54,541 nt of DNA from Anaerotignum sp. (GTDB lineage Bacteria; Bacillota_I; Bacilli_A; Acholeplasmatales; Anaeroplasmataceae). The number at the start of each line of letters is the position of its first letter. The first letter of the stretch is position 1. The translations under genes and the position numbers were made by a program. The notes under the pieces were generated by a model that saw only the letters and a list, made by a program, of their open reading frames with translations, did no database searches and was not told the DNA's origin. Shown in pieces: positions 28,667 through 38,900 of this stretch. The stretch covers positions 10,222 to 64,762 of the forward strand of contig CAVEPF010000125.1 of NCBI GenBank assembly GCA_963617645.1, read 5' to 3'.

Positions 28667-29506
28667 TTAGCCAAGTAATCTAATTGCACCAATTGAAACA
28701 GTTTTTTCAGATAAGGCATTTGTAGATACATTTTTAATTTTATTTTGAAGTTGTTCTAACGAAAATTCAATTCTAAATGTTGTACTGTAATATTTTTCAT
28801 CATTAAAATCTACTTTAGTTTCAGATGAAAATGAACCAGTTTTAAATGTAACAGAACTAAAATTAGTATCGTCTTCATAGTCTCCGTTATACTGACATAA
28901 CCAATTCCAAGTGCTTACGCTTTGAGTCTCTGTTCCGTCATCTGCCGTACTTGTAGTAACCTCACCAACTCTATATACACCAAGAACACTATGTGTAAAT
29001 GTTTTAACTTCGTTACTATCCTCTATTGTATGTGTTTCACTAAATGTACCATTAGTATCATTAAAATTAGTTAAACTAATACTATAATCATTATCTTTAT
29101 ACTTTTGATCAGGATAATACCATAAGGTAATATCTAAATATTCATTAGGGTATAAAGAATCAAAGAACATAGGTATTTTTTCGTTATTAGTTGTGTCAAG
29201 AATATAAGCGTTTTTACTAACATCCCATTTATAATAAGTATTAGTTCCATCTAATCTTTTATAAATATTATCCTCTTGTAGAGTAGTTGACGTATTAGAT
29301 ACAAAATATCTTTTAATTTGAATATAATCACTAAAATGAATATTACTATTTTCAGAAGATACATTAAGCGTATTAGCTGATACATTATTACTTGTTGTAT
29401 ACCATCCGTATATACTAGTTATAAATACTAAAGTAACAGCTAGAGTGAATAGTAGAGAGATTAATAGTTTAATTTGTTTACTAATTAATTTATTAGACTT
29501 CTTCAT
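28667..29506 (-). CDS. Secreted/anchored 279-aa paralog of 27801..28649; putative TasA/camelysin-like subunit
   Basis: The N-terminal hydrophobic segment is followed by TSIYGWYTTSNN...NTLNVS. Shared motifs are SLYPNEYLDITLWYY, YRVGEV (VRVGDV in the paralog), RIEFSLEQ, and the C-terminus VSIGAIRLLG. The start codon lies 2 nt after the upstream stop codon. Confidence 0.45.
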   Translation of the reverse strand: MKKSNKLISKQIKLLISLLFTLAVTLVFITSIYGWYTTSNNVSANTLNVSSENSNIHFSDYIQIKRYFVSNTSTTLQEDNIYKRLDGTNTYYKWDVSKNAYILDTTNNEKIPMFFDSLYPNEYLDITLWYYPDQKYKDNDYSISLTNFNDTNGTFSETHTIEDSNEVKTFTHSVLGVYRVGEVTTSTADDGTETQSVSTWNWLCQYNGDYEDDTNFSSVTFKTGSFSSETKVDFNDEKYYSTTFRIEFSLEQLQNKIKNVSTNALSEKTVSIGAIRLLG

Positions 29507-29508
29507 AA

Positions 29509-32500
29509 CTAATACCTCTCTACACTAAATTTAATACTAAATGAAATTGATTTTCCACTTAAAGTAAAACTGTATGTAACTTGGAATGCATCTGCAGTCG
29601 TGTCATCATATTTTTCATAATATAAAGAAATATCTTCTACATTTGGGCTAGTGACTAGAGTAAAATTACCATCATTTTTTGTATAATACGTCTTTGTTTT
29701 ATCTATAGAAGTATCACTTGTTTTTTCATATTCTACAAAACTCCACACGATAGTTGCTTTAGATACGGTATTACTATTATATGATTTAGCAAGTAGATAA
29801 TCGCTAGCTGTTGTAGAGAAAGAGCTATATAAACTACTTACAGCAACACCAGTTTTTAATTGTGATTGATAAAAAATACCATTTTTAAGTCTTGTATAAT
29901 CATTGATTGTTTTACTTTCTTCAAATAACACTTCTCCTGTACCTGCGTAAGTATTATATACAGATACACCAGTTAGTGTAATATCAGCAAATACCCAGTA
30001 ATTAGTTAATCCATTAGATCCGTAGAATATAGAAAGCGTAGAATCCGAACTAGAATCAACAACTTGATTTTCAATATGAACATCGTTTAACCATGTTAGA
30101 TTTTCAAGGAAATCAAATTGATAAATATTACAACCTTCTACATTTAATGTAGATAAATTTGTAAGTGCATTAAAGCGAGAAAGCGAATCATTATCATTTT
30201 CAGTATAAGTTGATGTATCAAATCCTTCAGTTACACCCGTACAATTTTTTAAAATAAGTTCTTCAAGGTTTGTAAGAGTAGCAAGTTCTTGACATATTGA
30301 AATTGCACTAGCTTCACTTGTTAACTTACCAGTTAAATTAACGCTGTGCGTTCCTTTTAAATATTTAATACCAGTGAAATCTGATACTGAATCTAATGTA
30401 TCATCACTTGTTACATCTACTGCTACATTTTGATTTAACCAGTCTACTAATACATATTTACCTTTAGTAGTAGATGTACCAGCAGAATAATTTATAGCTT
30501 TAGTATAATCCCCTATTGTATATGAATTATTATCAGTAACATTTAGGTTAAATGAATCATAAATCCATTTATAGAATGTTTCGTTCTTTATATCAGTACC
30601 ATAATGTAATGCGCCAGCTAGGGTAAATGTAGTTAAATATTGTTTAGTAGTAGTTGAATAACAATATGTAGTCCAATTATCGCTAACTTTCATTTTATAG
30701 TTATATAATAAACCCATACTTTGATTCTCGTTTGCTACTTCACTAAGATTATATACAATAATCCATTTAGCATCACCATATGATAAAATGTTACTTAAAG
30801 ATATATTATTATCTGTTAAATATTTATCAAAAATATCTTTATATGATTTGCCTTTTTCAGGTACATCTAATAAATAAGAATTTTTATTATAGTATAATTT
30901 AACTCTAATAGCACTAGTTTGATTAATTACACTACTTTGATATGTAGTACCTGTTTCTTCTCCTGGATCTTTATAAGCACTAGTTAGTGTTACAAAATCA
31001 AATAATACGATAGGACCTGTAGTACTATAGGCTAGAGGAATTTCAATATCGAAATCTACATAATTATTAGTATTATTTTTTATATAATCACTATAGTAAT
31101 AATAATATGGCATGAATGAACTAATAGTTTCATCGCTACCTTGTTTAACTTCAATACTTAAATCGATAGATATATCCTTACCATTAATTACAAATACACA
31201 AGTTAATAATACATCTTGAATATAAACTTCAGGAGTTTTTCCACTTGTAACTTCTAGTAATCCTTTGCTTGTATCAGTAGAATCAGTTAATGTATATAAT
31301 CTATTAGAATCATTTGTTAATTTATAATGTAGACTTGTAATATTAGGATATAAAGTAGTATCAATATCCTTAAGAGAATATAATTTTTGATTTGAATAAT
31401 TATTATCAGTCTTGTAAATGGTAATCTTACCACCATACCATTCGTTAAGTAAATTCTTAGCTAATGTAGATTCATTTGATATAACAGTATCAACACATGC
31501 AGCTTTTACATATAAAGTTAAGCCTGTAGTATCAGTAGCTGTATTAATCTTTATTTGTAGAGCTTTTAAAGAACTATTAGGAGATAATAATACATAATTT
31601 TTAGCTGTATCTCCGTCAACATCTTTAATATAAGAGTTAGATGATATGGCTTTATATGTTGTTGTGTCTCCGTCAAAAATTGTTGTTGCATCACTATCAC
31701 TGCTCTTAACGTAAGGAGTATAAGTTATAGTAGACATACCAATTTTCTTAGGCAATATCAAATCATGATCTAATCTATACAAATTAGATTCACTATTATA
31801 ATATTTCTTTAGTGTTTCTAAGACTAAAGTTTGAGCTTGTTTTTCTGAAGCTTCGTTATTATCAGGATTTATAATATGTAAAACAACTTCACTAGTGGCA
31901 ATAACCTTATCCCCTATTTTAATATTAATTGTAAGTGTTACATCTCCTTCGCCTTCAGGTAAAGTAATTATACCTAAATTAGAAAGAATATCTTCATTAC
32001 TAGATTCATATTCTATAGATATATTTGAATAATTGTAATAAGTAAATGGTAAATCAAGTGAACCATTTGCAAATGCACAAGAAGTATGTTTATTATCACT
32101 ATATGCGCAGTAACAAACATTATTAACTACACGATTTGGCATAAATAGTGAAGAATCAAATGCATGCACATTATCACTAGTAGTGATTTTTTTATTAGAC
32201 GTTAGAGTAGTTAAATCTATATTATCTACTCTTTCATCGGTATAAGTAAGTAGTTTTTCAGATATTAATTTGAAAGCATCATATGCTAAATATAAATTTG
32301 AACTTGAAACTACTTTAATGTAGTTAGATAATTCTTTAGTTTCTTCGTCTTCTGTGCTACTTGCATAATTATTTAATATTTTACAAGAAATATTTATATT
32401 AGTAGTAACTACAGCGTTTGGAGTATATATTTCTATGCTTCCTTCGCTTGCATCAGTTCTATCAGTATAAGTAGTAGTATCATCCGCATCAGATACTATA

Positions 32501-32925
32501 ACTTGTTCAGGAATAATATATGAACCTTCTTTACTTGAATAAATTTGGAAAGTTCCGTAAAACTTATTATTATATATTAACTTATATCCATTCAAATATA
32601 AGTTATATCCAGCAAGATCTAAATTTGAGTCAGCAGTTATATATAAATCATTATATAAAACTATATCATTTTTAAACTTTAATGCTTTTCTATTTTGAGA
32701 ATTATCAGCTATAGTACTTGATTCACTTGAATTATTATATGTTTCATTTTTAGCATAAGTAATAAGAGAATCAAATGATTCAATCTCAATAATATCACCA
32801 GTTAAATCTTTACTTATAGTTATATTATTACTACTTGTAGTTAGATTAAAGTAGGCAAAAACCGAAATGCTACCAAGTAATAATATTGATAATATTAAAG
32901 ATATAATAATTATTTTCTTTTTCAT
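29509..32925 (-). CDS. Large (1138 aa) secreted surface protein with a SipW/TasA-type signal region and an LRR module
   Basis: The N-terminus is MKKKIIIISLILSILLLGSISVFAYFNLTTSSNNITIS. It has a DLAGYNLYLNGYKL module, and leucine-rich repeats at about nt 30060-30400 (LTNLEELILKNC, LTNLSTLNVEGCNIYQFDFLENLTWLNDVHI). It is rich in N, T, S and Y, has no LPXTG motif, and ends ISFSIKFSVERY. Confidence 0.6.
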   Translation of the reverse strand: MKKKIIIISLILSILLLGSISVFAYFNLTTSSNNITISKDLTGDIIEIESFDSLITYAKNETYNNSSESSTIADNSQNRKALKFKNDIVLYNDLYITADSNLDLAGYNLYLNGYKLIYNNKFYGTFQIYSSKEGSYIIPEQVIVSDADDTTTYTDRTDASEGSIEIYTPNAVVTTNINISCKILNNYASSTEDEETKELSNYIKVVSSSNLYLAYDAFKLISEKLLTYTDERVDNIDLTTLTSNKKITTSDNVHAFDSSLFMPNRVVNNVCYCAYSDNKHTSCAFANGSLDLPFTYYNYSNISIEYESSNEDILSNLGIITLPEGEGDVTLTINIKIGDKVIATSEVVLHIINPDNNEASEKQAQTLVLETLKKYYNSESNLYRLDHDLILPKKIGMSTITYTPYVKSSDSDATTIFDGDTTTYKAISSNSYIKDVDGDTAKNYVLLSPNSSLKALQIKINTATDTTGLTLYVKAACVDTVISNESTLAKNLLNEWYGGKITIYKTDNNYSNQKLYSLKDIDTTLYPNITSLHYKLTNDSNRLYTLTDSTDTSKGLLEVTSGKTPEVYIQDVLLTCVFVINGKDISIDLSIEVKQGSDETISSFMPYYYYYSDYIKNNTNNYVDFDIEIPLAYSTTGPIVLFDFVTLTSAYKDPGEETGTTYQSSVINQTSAIRVKLYYNKNSYLLDVPEKGKSYKDIFDKYLTDNNISLSNILSYGDAKWIIVYNLSEVANENQSMGLLYNYKMKVSDNWTTYCYSTTTKQYLTTFTLAGALHYGTDIKNETFYKWIYDSFNLNVTDNNSYTIGDYTKAINYSAGTSTTKGKYVLVDWLNQNVAVDVTSDDTLDSVSDFTGIKYLKGTHSVNLTGKLTSEASAISICQELATLTNLEELILKNCTGVTEGFDTSTYTENDNDSLSRFNALTNLSTLNVEGCNIYQFDFLENLTWLNDVHIENQVVDSSSDSTLSIFYGSNGLTNYWVFADITLTGVSVYNTYAGTGEVLFEESKTINDYTRLKNGIFYQSQLKTGVAVSSLYSSFSTTASDYLLAKSYNSNTVSKATIVWSFVEYEKTSDTSIDKTKTYYTKNDGNFTLVTSPNVEDISLYYEKYDDTTADAFQVTYSFTLSGKSISFSIKFSVERY

Positions 32926-32950
32926 AAGGCTCTTGCCCCCTTTCTTTTAA

Positions 32951-35900
32951 CTAACCAACGACTTCTATAAGGAATAATCGCTCATATTTCTCTCCATTTA
33001 CTGTAATACTAGCTTTAATAGTCGCGTATCTAGTTCCACCAACACCATAAGAATAGTTTGTTGATGTAGATCCATTATTAAAGTAGTTATCATCCATGTA
33101 TTCCATAATGTTACAAATTGCTTTAAATCCATCATAATTTAAAGAATTAGATTTATTAGAGAATGTCCCGGAACTACAATTTAAATACATATCATTTAAT
33201 GTACCAAATCGTTTTAACGCATAAGCCCCAGTTGATTCATCAAATTCAACAATAAACCAAATAGATGTTCCTAAAGTGAAACCTTCTGCTTTAGAGCCAG
33301 AATAATAATAAATTTTTCCAACTGAATCTTGAGTTAATGATCCAAATACGCTAACAACATTTGAATCAGAACCAGTAATTTCTTCGTATGTATTTACTTC
33401 TACCCATTTAAATTTATTAGTACTAGAATCTAATTCAAGCTGGTAAATAGTATTTGTAGTATAAGTAAATCCATTGTAAGTAGCAGTACCTTCGCCGTAA
33501 GCATAATATTTATGATAATATAAACCGAATTTAGCATCATTTAAATGATTATTAGCTTCGGATAAAATATCATCCATATGTTTGGCATTTCTAACTGCAG
33601 TACTTGAACTTGCTGATGTATAAGTAAAGCCGGATTCAGTTAATGTTATAGTCTTGATACCTGAAGTTATATTCGTTTGAGTACTTTCATTATAATAAGT
33701 AACACCATTTGTTATTGAAATAGTTTTACCAATATATGATGTTGCCTCAGCTATTTTAGTTGAAGCCATAGCTGAATAATAGGCTTGTTCATCAACTTTA
33801 TCTGAAGATTGACTTGCACCTATAGTAGTTGTGACTGGGTCAGCAGTTGTTGTTGATTGACTATAATAATCACTATCATAAATACAATAAACATTACTAG
33901 ATGCTGCTCCTGGGAATTTTGAAGGAGTAGATGAACCATAATATATATAATATGCATCTTCATATACACTAAGTAAATCAATAAAATTATAGGTATAATT
34001 TGAATACCTACCTGATCGACCTGTATTAACATACCAAGTCTTTTGTGTATCTATTACCGTTTTTTTATGTTCAGTTTGTGTACCACTATCGAATTGTGCT
34101 ATATCATAGGAAACTTGAGAAATTGTATATACACCATTAGAATCAACTGAGTAATAATATTTATAAGTAGTATAATATATAGTGTTTTTAATATCTAAGT
34201 CATACCATAAATATGTCGATGTCTTTGTTTTTTTACCATCTACATATCCAAATCCATAAGAAGAAGAATAATGAGCATTACCATTAATTTCATTTCCATC
34301 TTTATCATAAATATATAATTTATTTGACTTACCATTATTATCTTTAACTGTTGTTACATTATCGCCTGATGGTGTGTACGTAGAATTAGTGGTTGAATCT
34401 AAAGTATCTCCGTTATATTTTGTCGAAGATGTAGGCGTTGTAGGTTCACTACCTGTTTGTTTAATGTCTTCCTTAGTTAAATTTTTATCTTTAATTATTT
34501 GATTAACTTCATCATCACTAAGAGATTCAGGTATACCACTTGATGGTGTTTCTTCAACTGTAACATTATCACCATAAGGATCTTTAACAATTTCTAATAA
34601 TATTGATTTTCCACTATCTTCAGAATAAATTTTAATTAATGAATTTTTACTAAACGTTACATTTTCATAAGTGAATTCTTCAGTTACAATAAAATAATTG
34701 GTATAAGGATATGCCATGGTATCTAAAGCTGAGGTATTTGATGAGGTAACATATGTTAATCCATTACCTTCTTCAATAGACCATTGAACTGAAATAGAAT
34801 TACCATTTTCATCAATAACATTTTGAGTTAGTTGAGCATTTTCAGCAAGTAAGGAATAGAATTCTTCTAAATAGATTAAACCTTCTGCTGCTGCATCTAA
34901 TTTTTTTAAATATTGAGCACGAGATTCATTTCCGGATGTATCAAATGTAGACCAATAACAAGTTGCGTCTCCACCACTTTTAAGATTAATAGCCTCTAAT
35001 ACAAATTTAGAATATTCATTAGAGACATTAATATCATAAATATCAACATATGACAAAGATGAAATATCAAGTTTTAATAAAGATCCTACATTATTAATAG
35101 CTTGGTTATGTTGTAAAGAAATAACTTTTAATTTTTCCAATTTATAAATATTTTCTAAACTCAATGACATATTTGAATCAGAACAATATTCTAAAGCTAA
35201 ATTGATTAGTTTTGGATTATTTGATGTAATACGATTGAATAATCTAGTTAGAGTATCATCTAAATTGAAGGCTCTTAATGAATTATCATAATCTCCATGA
35301 ACATAGAATGTAGTTATGTTAGGGAAATAATCTAACCCATTCAAAGATGAATCTAATATTGTGACAGTTGGAACAACAAAATCAAGACCACATAATTTGA
35401 TTGTTGAAATTTCAGCTTTAAATCTTTCATTTGTTGTAACATTATAAGATAAAGATTTACCCAAATCTGAATACGCTTGTGAAATAAGAGTCGCAATTCC
35501 ATCTTCAGTCAACATTTTTGGAATATAAAAATAATGGTCTCTAAATTCCTTTACAAATGTTTCTCTTGCAGCGTCATTAGAACTAGATTTAGAGTTCAAT
35601 AAGAACGCTAAAACAATTTCAACTTCAGCTTTTGTAATGTATGAAGTATCATCTTCAGCATAATCTGTTTTTTTATATTTAGAATTTCCCCATCCGCCTG
35701 TACTTGAATAAGTCCATGAAGTATCAGAATCTACAATGTTACTCCAGTCTGCACTACCTGTAACACCAAGACAAGGAGAAGTACCTGCCTCCCCATCAGG
35801 ATTAAAGTCTTTATCATTATGAGCCCATTGTAATACTTCTAGGAATTTTGAATAAGATGAAACGTTAGAATTACTACCTACAGTGACAGTTGTTCCTTCA

Positions 35901-38900
35901 TAAGTAAACGAACTACCTGCTAAATAACTTTGCACATAACCAACCCATGTTTTTGCATTAGCTTTACTAATATAATATTTTGCATTACCTGATGAATCTT
36001 TTTCTTGTGTGGTCACACTATTGATTAATGTCGTCCATTCATCATCAGTTAAAGAAGTTTTAATATATTTTTTATAATATGCTTTAATAACAGTTTCTTC
36101 ATCAGTATTTAAATAAGAATCACCATTAGATCTATATGATCCATAAGTTGATAAGAAGTCATCATCAAATTTCATCTTTCCAGTAAAGTGTGATTTTAAA
36201 GTGTCAGTTGTATCACCGGTAGCCCATGAAATTAATTTAGATAAACCATATATCTCGTGATTATCACTACTAGTATTTGTTTCTTTTAAATTAAGAACAA
36301 TAGTATTACAGAAATATGCATCATGACGCAAAATATAAGCACCTGTATGATTAGTAACTATACCATTAGATATTGTAAATGAGGATTCATCATTATTTGA
36401 TGTATAATCATCATCAATTACATCTCCATTATAAGATTCACTAGTCTTCTTCTTTAATTCAGTCCATACTTGATATTTAACTGAATTAAATACGGACATA
36501 TTAGCAAAACCTTCTGAATCACATTTAATAACACCAGGACAAGTAAAATACTGAATTCTTGCGGCCGTATGAAGTGCGTTATCACTTGTAGGCATTACAA
36601 GTACAACGTTAACTGCAAATGATGAATCATTAAGTAGAAATCCTTCAGGGTTTAAACATACTTTATACTTAACAATTTGCTTCATTTCTGAAACTGTAAA
36701 CATATTGCGCCAAGAACTAGAACTTGATTCACTATATGTATATACTCCACTAATTCTTGCTACTTCTTTAGTGCAATTATCACCAGAGTATCCAATAATT
36801 TCACTTATAGCACTTTCGCTAGATTCAGGAATTACATATTGAATTAAATAACTGTTATATGTACCATCAAGGATAAAATCGCCTTTTTCATTTAACATAT
36901 TATTTTCTTTTCTTGTATCTAATATGTTTTGTAAAACATCAACGCGGGACAAATCTTGTTCAGTTTTTTCAAATACTAATTCATTTAAACTAGTATCATA
37001 ACCAGGATTGATAATAATATTAACTTTGCCACTATATTCTTCTTCATCATTAGCAAATTTAGCAACTAAATTAATTTGAGCATAAGTTTCAAATGTAGCA
37101 CTACTTAAATATATAGCAACACCCTTATCGTTATTGTGGTTAATATCTGTAGCATTTTGATCTATAGAAATAAAATTATATGCTGGTATTTGCGTATAAG
37201 TTAGTGATTCAAACGCAACATCATTAAATCCTAACCATGAATAACCTGTTTCAGTAGATTCACTATTTTCGTTATATGGAGTATTATATGCATTCGTATA
37301 ATGATACTTGTTTGAAGTACTTGAGGCTACTATTGGTAAATAATAATATGAATATAATTCTCTACCACTTGAATATACATGTTCAATAGTAATAGGTGAT
37401 AATTGTGCTAAAAAATATTGGAATATAGTATCATGATTTTGATTTGATATTTTAATAGTTATTGTTTTAGTTAAAACTTTATTATTAATAGTAAAATATC
37501 CTGTAATAGATACTTTTGTACCATTATTTACATCACTTTGAATAATACCAGTATCAGATAAATAATTACTATTATTAGATTTCCATTCAATAGTAATATT
37601 TTTGTCTTTTAATGTAGTAGGTAAAAATAAATCAGCTGAATTAGTTGTAGTAATATTGCCAACGTTATCTGTTTCAGCTAATTTAGTTAAATAATATAAT
37701 TCCCCGTTTTCACTAAATAAAGCTGCTAGAGTTGCATCTTCATCAGTTCCATATACCTTTACACCAACTTTTTCTCCGTTAAAAGTTATATATTCTTCAG
37801 AAGTTGTAACAAAATCATCCTTAACGCTATCTTTAATGCTTATTGTATTATTGCCTGATTTAAAAGTAATATTACTTGAAGTCTCTATTTCATTTTTTTC
37901 AGTTGTATAAAAAGACAATCCATTTAAAATATTAATTGTGTCATCAACTGATATACCATATCTTACTTTTTCTTTAATGTAAGATGAAATTAATTCTTTA
38001 GCCAATTTAGAACTATATTTAGCAAGTGTAACATAATTAGCATAAACACTCGATAAATTTGTACCTTTTGTATTATATAAGTCTTTAATTTCTAATATGC
38101 CATTTTGATTTTCTAACACTATATTAAATCCACTAGATATAATATTATCAAGTGATTCTATTGTTAATTTTCTTAAAGATTTAATTACTGCATTACCCGA
38201 TTGATGCAAATATATTTTCTTTGTACCATTTAAATAATGACCATTTAAATCTAATTCAAAAGGATAATAAATAGTTAAGTTAGCACTTGTTATATTTATA
38301 TCATTAAATAAAACAATTGTTACATTTTCACTTAATAGTCCTGTATTGATATCGTCAACAGCCTTAATTAAATCAGATTCATTATATACATATAAGTAAT
38401 TAGTATAATCAGCTGTTTTAGCATAGGTTTTTAATTTGAATGTTAAATCTGTATTATCATCAAATATTGATCCATCTGAAGCACTATGTAAAACAAACGT
38501 TAATTCATCAGTTTGACTACTTGCGGTATAAGTATCAGAATCACTCATTTGTGCCGCATTAACAAATCCTGTAAAATTAATATATCCACTTTTTACTTTA
38601 TTTTCGTCATTTGAACATAAGTTTCCTAAAGTATCTATAAACTCTGAGTTAAAGTATACAAGGATAGCACTTGAAAAACTTTCTGTCTTTAAAATAGTAT
38701 CACTATCAAATGAAAACTCATATTGATATTGTATTACAGCTTTAGTGTTATTTTTAACAGTAATAGTTAGTGAATTACTGTCACCAGCTTTGCTAAATTT
38801 TAAGGGTTCTACAGAGGTATCAACAACTAAATTATCTTTAGTAGTATCATTTATATCTACAACTTTATCAACGTCTTTAGCTGTTAAATCGCCCTGTGTT

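Noticed and set aside
33820-34032. 70-aa minus-strand ORF in an alternative frame within the 2016-aa gene.
   Set aside because: It is fully embedded in the giant ORF in another frame. It has no RBS and a repetitive, low-complexity translation.
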